DNA of 64,000 nucleotides, from contig CAWCYI010000004.1 of NCBI GenBank assembly GCA_963799845.1, forward strand, positions 352,001-416,000, in the 5' to 3' direction. The DNA is from an uncultured Nitrososphaerota archaeon (GTDB taxonomy: Archaea > Thermoproteota > Nitrososphaeria > Nitrososphaerales > CADDZS01). The notes beneath the pieces are model-generated. The model was not told the origin of the DNA. It saw only the letters and a list, made by a program, of their open reading frames with translations, and ran no database searches. The translations under genes were made by a program, and so were the position numbers. Every line of letters begins with the position of its first letter. The stretch's first letter is position 1. Positions 29,242-39,342 of the stretch are shown piece after piece.

Positions 29242-30632
29242 CCGAAAAGGTGTTAAGAATCTCCGGGCGTCCCAAAAAGTTTTCCGGGTCTGTGAGCTTG
29301 CCCCCAAGCAAGAGCTATCTTCATCGCGCATTGTTTGTGTCGGCGATTGTCTCGAGTGAATCAAGGATAATCAATTGCGGGGCGATCTATAACGAGGATA
29401 CTCAAGCCTCGATGAGTGCCCTAAAGTTATTAGGGACGAGAATTATTCAGTCTAGTCTCTCCGGGGGAGGATTTACGGTCATACCTGGATTGACGCGAAG
29501 GCCAAACATTCAACTTGACGCGAGGGGATCGGGCACTACCGCAAGATTTCTCATTCCCTTTGTGGCGCTTTCCCGAGTAGGAACAAGCGTGACAATAGTT
29601 GGCAATGAATCGCTATCACAGAGACCTATGGATTCGATTTTTGAGCCGCTTTCGAGGTTGGGAGTAAACTGTCGGTCCATAAACGACGACGGGAAGCTCC
29701 CTGTAGTCGTTGAAGGAGGTGGAATCAAGGGAGGTACTTGCGAAATAGATGGCTCTATTTCGTCTCAGTTTGTCTCGTCACTGCTGATATCTTGTGTTAG
29801 AGCAGAGAAAGATACCGTTCTGTCCATTAAAGATCCTAGTAATCAGGTCTCGAAACCGTATATTGAAGCAACACTAAGGGTGTTGGCTTCGTTCGGATTT
29901 AGGATTAAGGTAAGAAGATCGAGAGCTGATGGATTTTGCGCGTTCAAAATCCCGAGTGATCAGATTGTTGAAGGGAAAGAATTCAGGGTACCAGGAGACT
30001 TGAGCAGCGCTGCTGCGTTGATAGGCGCGACAATTGCAGCAAAGGGGACAATTAGGATTTCAAACGCGGGTTTCAAGGGTTTTCCCCAGTCCGATTCCGA
30101 GATTGTTCCAATCGCGAGAAAATTTGGTGCAAAGATTCGGTCTAAACGCAATATTCTGTCAATCAAGTGGTCGAACAAGCGCTTATCCAAGCCTGTGACG
30201 TTAGACCTCAAGGATGCGCCGGACCTTGTTCCAATTATCGCTGGACTGGCGGCTGCGACCGGGAGACGACTCCATATCTCTAATATCGGCCACCTTCGCT
30301 TCAAGGAAAGCGACCGCATTGGGGTACTGTCACGTGAGCTCTTGAAAATAGGCGTTCCAACGAGAGAAACAAAATCAACCCTGAGTATAATGAATTCGAA
30401 TCACGCTGACTCAAGTAAAGTCGTTAAGATTGATCCTGCAAATGACCACAGGATGCTTATGGCTTTGACAATAGCAGGCCTTTCTGGAAGTTTCGGGGTG
30501 CTTCTAATTCAAGATCCTGATTGCGTACGAAAGTCCTATCCGTCTTTCGTCAGCGATATCCAAAAATTATGTCATGAAATGTCCACAGTCAGAATCATAA
30601 GTCTGCCCGAAGAAAGTAAAGTGAAAAATTGA
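29238..30632 (+). CDS. aroA: EPSP synthase
   Basis: PPSKS..HRA, SGTT.RF, ISSQF.S.LL, PGD.SSA, HLR.KESDR, DHRM.M, KSYP.F. Confidence 0.95.
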   Translation: MTEKVLRISGRPKKFSGSVSLPPSKSYLHRALFVSAIVSSESRIINCGAIYNEDTQASMSALKLLGTRIIQSSLSGGGFTVIPGLTRRPNIQLDARGSGTTARFLIPFVALSRVGTSVTIVGNESLSQRPMDSIFEPLSRLGVNCRSINDDGKLPVVVEGGGIKGGTCEIDGSISSQFVSSLLISCVRAEKDTVLSIKDPSNQVSKPYIEATLRVLASFGFRIKVRRSRADGFCAFKIPSDQIVEGKEFRVPGDLSSAAALIGATIAAKGTIRISNAGFKGFPQSDSEIVPIARKFGAKIRSKRNILSIKWSNKRLSKPVTLDLKDAPDLVPIIAGLAAATGRRLHISNIGHLRFKESDRIGVLSRELLKIGVPTRETKSTLSIMNSNHADSSKVVKIDPANDHRMLMALTIAGLSGSFGVLLIQDPDCVRKSYPSFVSDIQKLCHEMSTVRIISLPEESKVKN

Positions 30633-31738
30633 GCCTCCCCAATACCATCGGAAGTAGTTTTGCCTTCGCCTGCTTTGGCGAGAGTCATGGAAAATGCATT
30701 GGAGTAGTGATCGACGGGTGTCCAGCGGGTTTGGAGTTGTCGGAATCCGACATTCAAAAACTCGTAGACCTAAGAAAACCTGGGCAATCGATAGTGACTA
30801 CACAGCGGAAAGAACAGGACAAGGTAGAAATTCTCTCAGGCGTTTTCATGAACAAAACGACTGGTGCTCCGATTTGTCTTCTAATCTGGAATTCCGACCA
30901 ACGAAGCTCCGATTATGACAAGTTCATAAATATCCCGCGACCTGGGCACGCAGACTATCCAGCGTTCGTAAAATATTCGAAGCTGAATGATTATCGGGGA
31001 GGGGGTAGATTCTCAGGGAGGATTACTGCGGGATTCGTCATGGCAGGATCCATTGCCCTAAAATTGTTGGAAAATTCTTTAGGTGTGAGGATTATCGCAT
31101 TTACCGAAGAACTAGGAGGTATAAAGGCCGATGTTTCGAACCTCTCGTTCGAAGAAATAGCGAAGAACCGCTACACCAATGAAGTAAGATGTCCGGATCA
31201 ACTCATAGCCGAAAAAATGAAGGAGTTGATCGTTCGAGAAAGGGGATCTGGAGATTCTTTGGGAGGAATAGTCGAATGCAACATTGTCAATGTTCCTGTG
31301 GGTCTGGGCGAGCCAATTTTTTCGTCGATCGAATCCGAAATGGCTCGATCGATTTTTTCCATTCCAGCAGTCAAAGGCATCGAATTCGGCTCCGGCTTTT
31401 CCGGTTCCAAAAAGAAAGGCACTGTAAACAACGATGTTTATTCGAAATCCAGCGATGGCAAGATAATAACGAAGACAAACAACTCAGGAGGAGTTCTTGG
31501 CGGCCTTTCGACGGGCATGCCAATCGTTTTTCGAGTCGCCTTCAAACCGGCTTCGTCCATTGCATCTCCCCAGCAAACTCTTGATTTTTCTACCATGGAG
31601 GAAAAGGAGTTAGCGGTTCCGGGCAGGCACGATCCAACCGTGGTTCCTAGGGCTGTTCCCGTGGTTGAGTGCATGGCCGCCTGCGTAATCGCTGATCTAG
31701 CAATCAAAGGTGGCTACATTCCTAGAGTTCTGAACTAG
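30629..31738 (+). CDS. aroC: chorismate synthase
   Basis: FGESHG, R.E.D.VEILSG, PRPGHAD, GGGRFSGR.T, GG.LGG.S.G, GRHDP. Confidence 0.97.
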   Translation: MSLPNTIGSSFAFACFGESHGKCIGVVIDGCPAGLELSESDIQKLVDLRKPGQSIVTTQRKEQDKVEILSGVFMNKTTGAPICLLIWNSDQRSSDYDKFINIPRPGHADYPAFVKYSKLNDYRGGGRFSGRITAGFVMAGSIALKLLENSLGVRIIAFTEELGGIKADVSNLSFEEIAKNRYTNEVRCPDQLIAEKMKELIVRERGSGDSLGGIVECNIVNVPVGLGEPIFSSIESEMARSIFSIPAVKGIEFGSGFSGSKKKGTVNNDVYSKSSDGKIITKTNNSGGVLGGLSTGMPIVFRVAFKPASSIASPQQTLDFSTMEEKELAVPGRHDPTVVPRAVPVVECMAACVIADLAIKGGYIPRVLN

Positions 31739-31771
31739 CCTCTTTTCATTCGGTAAAAAGTAGTCTTTAGC

Positions 31772-32923
31772 TTGAAGCGAAAGAAAGTTCTGACAATGAA
31801 AGAACAAACTCTGGAAAGTCAAAGGGAAGAAATTCAGAGCATTACAAAGTCGATTCTGGATCTCGCGTTAGTGAGACAAGCTGTCTCTATAGAAATCGCA
31901 AACACTAAGAAATCCTTGGGCCAGAAAATTGAGAATCCTGAAGTCGAAAAAAAACTAATCGCCCTTTCGACCGAGTATGCGAAATCGATTGGTCTGAATG
32001 ATGATCTTGCTCGCGCAATCGTTCTCGAGTTGATCAGATTCTCCAAGATTGCGCAGTCCGAGAATTTTTACAAGGATAAGATCAGAGAGTTTCTAAAATC
32101 CAAGAAGATCAGAACAGTTTCGGTCGTCGGAGCCGGTAGAATGGGCACATGGTTCGCCAGGTATTTTCAAGATCTTGGAGTTGAAGTATTTCTATACGAC
32201 GAGATGACCGAGAAAGCAAAAGCGAGTGCGGAAAAGATTCATGTCCGTCACGTGGACAATCTAGAGAAAGCGACAGATTCAGACTTGATTGTCATTTCAA
32301 TCCCAATTACAAAGACTCCAAGTTTGATCCGTGAAATTGTCAGACATATCCAAAAGAAAGGTTCTAAGAACAAAAGAGTAATTGAGATCTCTTCAGTCAA
32401 AAACGAAATAGGATCTTCCGGTCTTTTTGACGAGGGTTTTGCGGGAAAGAGCAAATTAGCTCTATACTCAATACATCCTCTATTTGGTGCTCATGCTCTG
32501 CCTTTTGAAAGAAATTCAATAATCCAAGTTTTTCCAAAAAACGCATCTTTTTTGAATGGAATTTTCCCACAGTTTAGGATAGTATTCCTTAACTGGAAAG
32601 ATCATGACCGGCTAATGGGATCATTTCTCACATTGCCCCATGCTCTTGCACTAGTTTTTGCAAATCTAACGACAATCCCGGCTCGATTCGGAGAGGAGCT
32701 GAAAGACGTAAGCGGACCGAGTTTCTCGCACATGTTGGAGCTATCAAAACGGACGCTCAGCGAGGATCCTAATATCTATTTTGAAATTCAATCATCGAAC
32801 CCAAATTCAAATGCCATTGTCTCAGACATCATTTCCTCGACACGCAAATTTCAGAAGACTCTCAGGAGTCGCTCGGATTTTGAAGGATTTTTCGAAGAAA
32901 CAAAAAGCAACATCGAATCGTAG
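31772..32923 (+). CDS. tyrA: chorismate mutase-prephenate dehydrogenase fusion
   Basis: N-terminal AroQ-like helical domain (R.EI..I...IL.L...R......IA..K) then GAGRMG.WF Rossmann fold, SVK, HPLFG, HDR.M; start may be 31796. Confidence 0.85.
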   Translation: MKRKKVLTMKEQTLESQREEIQSITKSILDLALVRQAVSIEIANTKKSLGQKIENPEVEKKLIALSTEYAKSIGLNDDLARAIVLELIRFSKIAQSENFYKDKIREFLKSKKIRTVSVVGAGRMGTWFARYFQDLGVEVFLYDEMTEKAKASAEKIHVRHVDNLEKATDSDLIVISIPITKTPSLIREIVRHIQKKGSKNKRVIEISSVKNEIGSSGLFDEGFAGKSKLALYSIHPLFGAHALPFERNSIIQVFPKNASFLNGIFPQFRIVFLNWKDHDRLMGSFLTLPHALALVFANLTTIPARFGEELKDVSGPSFSHMLELSKRTLSEDPNIYFEIQSSNPNSNAIVSDIISSTRKFQKTLRSRSDFEGFFEETKSNIES

Positions 32924-32973
32924 TCTCCCCACTCTCATTGTGGAACCATCACGAGACTGCACATTGTTTCAAA

Positions 32974-33858
32974 TTATCGATGCACCCGTTTCCTCGCTGT
33001 TAACATCATCGTTTTCCTGGGCGCACTGATTCCTGTCCAAATCTCGAAAGATTTTGCCGCCTGTTCCACGAGCATGAGTAGTCCGTCTATCGTAACCAAA
33101 CCTTCTTTCTTTGCATCCTTAAGGATAGGTGAGTCAGTTCGATAATTAAGGTCAAAAAACTTCATACCTTTTGCGGCTGAGCTGAAATTCACGCGAAAAG
33201 GAATCGAGGCCGTCAGCGGTATCGTGTTGATCAAGAGATCGACTTTATCCGACAAAGAACCCTCAACAGAATCTTTGGATAGCTCAGAAGATTCTGCCTT
33301 TTTGCCAGGGAATTGAAGCTGGAAGGCATGGGCGACTTCCTCAGCTCTGTCCTTTGTTCTGTTCAGGATTTTCACTTCTTCAAAGCCGTTGCTGAAGAGG
33401 GCGTAAATGCATGCGCGGGAAGCTCCTCCTGCCCCAAGGACAACGGCGCGCTGCCCTTTTTGGCCGATCAAGCCCAATTTTGACAGCGAGGCAACCACGC
33501 CATCAATATCGGTATTATGACCGATCATCTTTCTTTCTTGAGTGAAAGTGACAACGTTTACCGCCCCGACAGCATTCGCATCGGGCTCCAGGCGAGCCAT
33601 CAATGATAGAATCCTTTCTTTGAATGGGATAGTGACATTAAGCCCAACCACATCTCTATCCATAGCGAATTCATCAAGTCTAGAACGGAATCCAGAATCG
33701 GGAACGTCGCTCAGGCCGTATTCCATGTCGAGCCCCAACTCTCGGATAGCTTTGTTGTGAATTGCTGGTGATATCGACTTCGCGATTCCAGAACCAAGGA
33801 GGAATACTTTCTTTAATTTTCCATGAGTCTTCTTGCAAGCTTTTGGAGTTATCACCAA
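32974..33858 (-). CDS. aroE: shikimate dehydrogenase
   Basis: S.SP.IHN, NVTIPFKE, GAVN, NTD..G, GAGGA.RA, NRT..RA, GL.MLVEQA. Confidence 0.95.
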   Translation of the reverse strand: MVITPKACKKTHGKLKKVFLLGSGIAKSISPAIHNKAIRELGLDMEYGLSDVPDSGFRSRLDEFAMDRDVVGLNVTIPFKERILSLMARLEPDANAVGAVNVVTFTQERKMIGHNTDIDGVVASLSKLGLIGQKGQRAVVLGAGGASRACIYALFSNGFEEVKILNRTKDRAEEVAHAFQLQFPGKKAESSELSKDSVEGSLSDKVDLLINTIPLTASIPFRVNFSSAAKGMKFFDLNYRTDSPILKDAKKEGLVTIDGLLMLVEQAAKSFEIWTGISAPRKTMMLTARKRVHR

Positions 33859-33868
33859 GATTCTCCGC

Positions 33869-34603
33869 TCACCTCCAGGCGGCCAAAATCGCTTTCATTG
33901 ATCCAGCGTCTAGCTGTCCTGGAGCTGTCGCTTCGTCAGGAAGAGAGGCGTAAGTAAACGGACTTCCAAACTCAACGCAGGAGATTCTAGAAAAAATGCC
34001 GAGAGAACCCGAGCAGAAAGCTATCAGTTTTGAGGGATGGATCTTGTCTATTATTTTGTAGAGCGAAAGTACTCTCAAGTTGTCATCGAATTCATTTGCT
34101 TTTCGAACGACCTTAACATAGCTCGGAGAGTAACGAACGGCAGCTCCCTTAACCAATTTCCGCAGATCGGATGTCTGTTCCGTTTCAACAAAGTTGTGTG
34201 AGGAGGCGATCAGCCTAGAATTTGAATTCCTCAAAGAATGAGCTATGATCGGAAGGGATTCCAATGTTGAGATCTCAATGTCGAGAAAAGTCGGCCTGCA
34301 AATAGAAATGATGTCCAACAGGATGTTTTTGCGAGTATTTTCATCAATCCTTGCTAACCCTCCCTCCGTGTGCTTTCTGAAAGTCATTATTTCGTTTCCG
34401 CGAAGATGCCGCCGAATCTCTTCCAAGTCTGAAGTTCTGATCGACCCAAGATAATCCAATCTTAGTTCAATGAATTCAGGGTTAAATGATCGCGCAAGCT
34501 CAAGCCTTCCAATCAAGCCAAGCAAACTTCGACCATAAACTGAAACACAAACTCCCTCAGTCTCTTGACTCATTCGAGGATGTCTCGAAGTGCGTAAGGA
34601 CAT
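33869..34603 (-). CDS. aroD: type I 3-dehydroquinate dehydratase
   Basis: IELRLDY, T.R...EGG, S.HNF..T, SR.....G..FTYA.....TAPGQ. Confidence 0.92.
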   Translation of the reverse strand: MSLRTSRHPRMSQETEGVCVSVYGRSLLGLIGRLELARSFNPEFIELRLDYLGSIRTSDLEEIRRHLRGNEIMTFRKHTEGGLARIDENTRKNILLDIISICRPTFLDIEISTLESLPIIAHSLRNSNSRLIASSHNFVETEQTSDLRKLVKGAAVRYSPSYVKVVRKANEFDDNLRVLSLYKIIDKIHPSKLIAFCSGSLGIFSRISCVEFGSPFTYASLPDEATAPGQLDAGSMKAILAAWR

Positions 34604-34694
34604 CAGCTACCACTCGGGCGAAATATTCAACTATGCTCCTACTACAGTAGTAATAAACTTAACAACGGAACGGCCAAGTCGACTATTCACAAGA

Positions 34695-34726
34695 AGAAGG
34701 GCTAAGAGGCCCTGGTTGGCCCTTCT
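34695..34726 (-). terminator. stem-loop 10 nt downstream of the second tatA stop
   Basis: AGAAGGGCTAA-N10-TTGGCCCTTCT, 11-bp stem with one imperfect pair, followed on the minus strand by a pyrimidine-rich tract. Confidence 0.4.
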
Positions 34727-34736
34727 GAGAATGATA

Positions 34737-35027
34737 CTACTTACGATTTAACTTCCAAGACAGCTCGGAAGCAATCTGCTCCTTGGTCTTGCCTTTCGTG
34801 TCAATGCCCTCTTTTTGCGCGGCGACAACTAGAGGATCATCGGGAGACGGAGATGAAGCAGCTACTTGAGCAATGGGAGCATCGCTCGTTTCACCCTTCG
34901 AACCCTTTTCGAATTCCCTTCGAGCCTGACCTAGAGACCTCGCAAACTGAGGAATCCTGCTCGCTCCAAACAGAAGAACTACTACCGCGAGAATCAGTAT
35001 GATTACAACGGGATCGTCGAACCCCAA
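34737..35027 (-). CDS. tatA: twin-arginine translocase TatA/TatE family subunit (second paralogue)
   Basis: LLFGASRIPQFARSLGQARREF; C-terminal DDPL..AA..EGIDT.GK domain shared with 324..677. Confidence 0.9.
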   Translation of the reverse strand: MGFDDPVVIILILAVVVLLFGASRIPQFARSLGQARREFEKGSKGETSDAPIAQVAASSPSPDDPLVVAAQKEGIDTKGKTKEQIASELSWKLNRK

Positions 35028-35100
35028 CTAACTTGACCTTCCTAACCCTACAGTAGCTAGTTCCTGATATTTAAGTGCTAACCGGAATTACATCATCATT

Positions 35101-36532
35101 TTATCGGCGAAAAGAGGGGCGTTTTGGTCTTCTTTCAAACCGCTTGGACTCCCCGGATGAGTCGCGGTTGAATCTCGGCCTGTCTCGATTCCCGGAGTAT
35201 CCTCCTCCACCGGCGATATTTTCAGTGAAGCTGAAAGATCCTCCGGAAGGACGAGGAGGCCTGCTATCTTGACCGTCCGGCCGATCTCTCCGGAAGGAAG
35301 ATCTTGGACGATTCCCATAGGATCTGCGGTTTCGCTGCTGGCCGTAGTGCTGTGACTGATCGACTGGAGGCGGTTTGTATCCAGGTGGGAGAATATCCGC
35401 AACCCTCTTGATCTCAGCTTCTGTCATTCCGGCAATCCGATTGAAGTCGGGATATTCAGAATTTGATACAAGTGAAATCGCCTTCCCTGCCCTACCTGCT
35501 CTTGCAGTCCTGCCAATCCTGTGGAAGTAAGTAAGAGGATCCTGTGGGACATCGTAATTTATCACGTGACCAACTTCTGGGACGTCGATTCCTCGAGCTG
35601 CAACGTCGGTCGCGACCAGGATCTCGATGTGACCGCTGCGAAAGTTCTGCATCGCGTGTTCCCGTCTGTTCTGGGAGAGATCTCCGTGGATGGGTGCCGC
35701 TCTAAACCCTTGCGCCTGCAGTCGTTCAGCTAACCTCTGAGTCTTGATCTTGGTGGCACAGAAAATTATTCCGGATGAGATCTTGTTTTTCCTCACGTAT
35801 TCAACCAGCGCCTGAAACTTGCTCCTTTCATCAACTATGGCGTAGGACTGGTCGATTTCATCAAGTGATAGTTCGTCGCTGTCTATCAATACGTTTACTG
35901 GATGATTCATGTATCTGTCTGCGAGCCTAACTATTTCGTTAGGCATCGTCGCGGAGAATAGCGCTGTCTGACTTCCATTGGGTAATTTCCTCATGATGTA
36001 GTCGACATCGTCAATGAATCCCATATCCAGCATCCTGTCTGCCTCATCAAGGACCACAAACTGGACGTCTTGAAGATCGATTGTCCCGCGCTCAATGTGA
36101 TCAATCAATCGACCGGGAGTAGCTACAACAATCTGGGGTGTTTTTTTGCGGAGTCTCTCGATTTGCGGGGTGATGGCCTGACCGCCGTATATCGAATAAG
36201 CCCTTACGTTAGTATGCGAGCCGATCTTGTTGAATTCATCTGTAACCTGGAGAGCTCAGCTCCCTGGTAGGGACGACCACAAGCGCCTGCACGTATGGCT
36301 TCTTGCCATCAACTTTCTCGATGATCGGAATTGCATATGCCGCGGTTTTTCCTGAACCCGTGTGAGCTTGCCCTATGACGTCCTTTGCTTCCATTAGAGG
36401 TGGTATCGCCTGAGCCTGTATAGGAAACATCGTCTTGTAGCCGATTTCGTGTAGGCTCTTGAGTACTTCTGGTCTCAACCTGAGGCTATCAAAAACTGGA
36501 GCAGCGCTTTCTTCAATACTGTTTGTTTGCAT
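35101..36532 (-). CDS. DEAD-box RNA helicase (DeaD/CshA-like), +1 insertion at 36256
   Basis: Q motif, AHTGSGKT, PTRELA (restored), TPGR, DEAD, SAT, ARGID, HRIGRTARAG; RG/RS-rich C-tail. Confidence 0.93.
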
Positions 36533-36770
36533 TTTCTTTCTTTCACTTTTCTTGGTTTTTTCCTAAATCTAATTGAACCTAGGAGCAGAAAATAGTTCGG
36601 AGGTCTTGCAACCCCTCTGTCTTCCGCTGTTGCCGATAAACGGCCCATTTCAATTGCGGAGCCTCTCATTGAGGCAAACCAAAGGTTACGATTAGTGAGC
36701 TGAATTTGAAAGCGTCCAAAATCGTCTTATCGGTCTGTCATACGTCAAAAAGGGGCTCTTAATCTAGTCT
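36533..36770 (-). promoter_or_regulatory. long structured 5' leader of the DEAD-box helicase gene
   Basis: TTTAAATA box at 36802-36795 (-); consecutive hairpins at 36677-87, 36661-75, 36623-60, 36600-15 (GCAA tetraloop) and 36561-84. Confidence 0.55.
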
Positions 36771-37085
36771 TCAAACAGTCATAGTATCTTTGCATATTTA
36801 AAGTTTGAAATATCGTGAATAGGGTTGCTTCGAGCCTTTTAGACTCGATCCGTTGCTGAGGGCCGAAATAATTCCCCGGCTTAAGGCGGATTTTAGGCGG
36901 TGGGTCGGGATTGATAATGGTACCCGATATATGGTATTTAGGCATAACCCGAACTGGGCCTGTCCCAGAATTTAGGCATTAGATCTAATTGTTTTATGCG
37001 AAACCGCGATCGGTCGTCTTCGATTTTTCTAGCGCGAAGGATAAACCATATATTTGATAGGTGCCCTCATAGTGCTTGCCCTAAA

Positions 37086-37313
37086 ATGGTAACAATATGC
37101 CCAAAATGCGGCAAGAAAGCTTGGAAGCCGTACAAATTTGTAATAAAAGGAAAGAGCGGAAAGAATTACACATATCTTGTCTACCGTCACAATGAGAAGA
37201 AAAGGCACACTCCACGAAAATGCTATGTTGCCCAGAAAAAGGCAAAGCCGAAACTGGCCGTGAAGAAGAGCGCAAAAAGTTCTCCAACTCACTCTAAGTC
37301 TCGAAAGCGGTAG
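37086..37313 (+). CDS. small basic Zn-ribbon-like putative nucleic-acid-binding protein
   Basis: MVTICPKCGK...Y.YLVYRH......RKCYV (C2-H-C ligands) with Lys-rich tail. Confidence 0.65.
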   Translation: MVTICPKCGKKAWKPYKFVIKGKSGKNYTYLVYRHNEKKRHTPRKCYVAQKKAKPKLAVKKSAKSSPTHSKSRKR

Positions 37314-37371
37314 ATAGTCTGCGGTAAACTTGTCGTGATGTGGCCTCGGATTTGTCCGGGGCTAAATTTTT

Positions 37372-37866
37372 CTAACTTTCTTTTCGGGTCATCGCGTAGA
37401 GGTTCGTATTTTTTCTGATGGCGCTCGTATATTCTATCAGATTCTGAAGTTCCTGCTTGTTCAACACCTTCATCAGCTTCGCGATCTCTCGCCGGTGGGA
37501 GGTGTATATTCTCTTGAACAACCTGGAGCCAGTCCCGGTAAGTTCAACCTTGACCAATCTGCGATCGCTTGAATCTCTGAGACGCCTGACGTATCGCAGC
37601 TTTTCCAGATTATCCACGATCGTCGTTATATTTGCGAATGTGACTATCATTTCTTTCCCGATCTCGCTCATGGTAAGCTGGCCTTCGCGCGAGTTTCCGA
37701 TAACTCGAAGCACCGTATATTGGGGCGGGGTCAAACCATACTGTCTCAGATCAGACATTATGTGGGAGTATACTATCTTGTAAGTGTTGGAGAGGCTGCT
37801 CCACGCCGTGTTCTCAATTGGTTCTAGATCGACATTCTTCACAGAGGAGTTCTCGATTCTTTGCAT
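37372..37866 (-). CDS. MarR family transcriptional regulator
   Basis: GLT.PQY.VL...IT.IVD.LEK..YV.R.RD.SDRR.V.V.LT..G. Confidence 0.92.
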   Translation of the reverse strand: MQRIENSSVKNVDLEPIENTAWSSLSNTYKIVYSHIMSDLRQYGLTPPQYTVLRVIGNSREGQLTMSEIGKEMIVTFANITTIVDNLEKLRYVRRLRDSSDRRLVKVELTGTGSRLFKRIYTSHRREIAKLMKVLNKQELQNLIEYTSAIRKNTNLYAMTRKES

Positions 37867-37976
37867 TTCTTAATGGTCCAACTCTCTACCCTTGACTCTA
37901 AATTGCAGTGGAAATCGAAGAGCAGTGCAACCGATTGTTCAGAGATCATAATGAACTTTGTTGCGTTCAGCAATTC

Positions 37977-39278
37977 CTAATTGAAATCTGTTATCCTTCT
38001 CTGTTCAAGTCCTTGCTTCAAAAGCTCCGAGTTTTCGATCCAGTGCTTCCTAGAGATCATGAAATTTGTGCAGGCAAAATCAAGCGCCTGGCCTATGGTG
38101 TCGAATCTCCGATAATTACCGGCAAGAAGGGTCCTGATGCTCTCTCTGACATTCCATACCCCGACAGGCAAGATGTAGCCGGGATGAATTTCGCGCAGCA
38201 TTATCGCCCCAGATTGCCTCCTGACCTGTGAAAGATATTCGGAGACCGCAAATCGCGTCGAATAGTAACAACCGCCCGGCTTTGCATAAGTTTTCCTTCC
38301 GGAGTAACCTTCGAAGTCGCCGATCATTTCCGGCTTTGAACCGAACTGATTCCATGCCGTACCCGAATGCCAGGCCTCTATCCATTCGAATTTCCATCTT
38401 TCGGGAGTGAGAATTGCGACGTAGACGTTGTCCAGGTTCGTCAGTGTGAACACTCGGAATTCATCGACTGTTTGGTAGTCCTTGATTTCTTCCATCAGCC
38501 GGAGCGACAGAGTGCTGTCAACGGCGGTTATGCTCCACCTCGTTGGGACTAGCTTCCTCCTTTTTCTCTGGCCGAAAACTCCTACCGAGAACGCCTTTTC
38601 AAGTTTGGAAAAGATGACCCCATCACGGTAAAGGGAAAAGACTGCATCCGCGGCTTTCAAATCTCCATCGTAGTACGCCTTTTCCATTCTTTGGTCGACC
38701 GAGATGTTGCCGCTAGCCTTGAACGCTTTCATGGGAGCGCTCGGTCCGAAGGGCTGACTGTTTTCGCTGAAGGAGACTCGATTGACGGGCTTTTTTGAAA
38801 GGAGCAGCTCAGAGTCAGCCGATTTGGTGGACATCGCAATCTCCTGAAGCGTATCCAATAGTCTGGATCCCGTCTGCGCATCTGTAACGTTTGCTCTGAG
38901 GCATCCACGAACAAGAGTGTATCTGTAACCAACAATCTCCTCAATCGTCTTGCCCTTCCACAACTCTGGAGTGTCGAGGAACCCTGTATCGCCGTGGAGC
39001 GCAGGAACCATTGGTCCGATGAACACTTTTGGATAACCGAATCTTCCTACGAAGACTCCGGGAGGAGTTGATCCCTGAATTATGTCAGAACTCAGGAATG
39101 CTTGGGCGTTTTTCGCAAACCCCTCGGCCTTCGTCAAGATTGGACACTTTGGCTTCCCACAAAGGAGCTTCGCGCCGCGACAGGCAAGGCACATTTCAGC
39201 GGTAGGCCTTTCAATGACCAGTTTCGTCCTCCACTCCGGATGAGCGAATTTCGGAGCAAACCATGGAATCGAAGACAA
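37977..39278 (-). CDS. nreA: Nre family DNA repair protein (PCNA-interacting)
   Basis: CLACRG.K.LCG...CP, GS.PP.VFVG.FGYPKV, LVPTRWSITAVD, GGCYY, PVGVW.VRE, C-terminal PIP box QRRITDF. Confidence 0.93.
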   Translation of the reverse strand: MSSIPWFAPKFAHPEWRTKLVIERPTAEMCLACRGAKLLCGKPKCPILTKAEGFAKNAQAFLSSDIIQGSTPPGVFVGRFGYPKVFIGPMVPALHGDTGFLDTPELWKGKTIEEIVGYRYTLVRGCLRANVTDAQTGSRLLDTLQEIAMSTKSADSELLLSKKPVNRVSFSENSQPFGPSAPMKAFKASGNISVDQRMEKAYYDGDLKAADAVFSLYRDGVIFSKLEKAFSVGVFGQRKRRKLVPTRWSITAVDSTLSLRLMEEIKDYQTVDEFRVFTLTNLDNVYVAILTPERWKFEWIEAWHSGTAWNQFGSKPEMIGDFEGYSGRKTYAKPGGCYYSTRFAVSEYLSQVRRQSGAIMLREIHPGYILPVGVWNVRESIRTLLAGNYRRFDTIGQALDFACTNFMISRKHWIENSELLKQGLEQRRITDFN

Positions 39279-39342
39279 TTGTGTCTGACCAGTTACCCTT
39301 TCCTAATAGTTACGCTGTTACTTCGTAATTTTCATGAGAACA

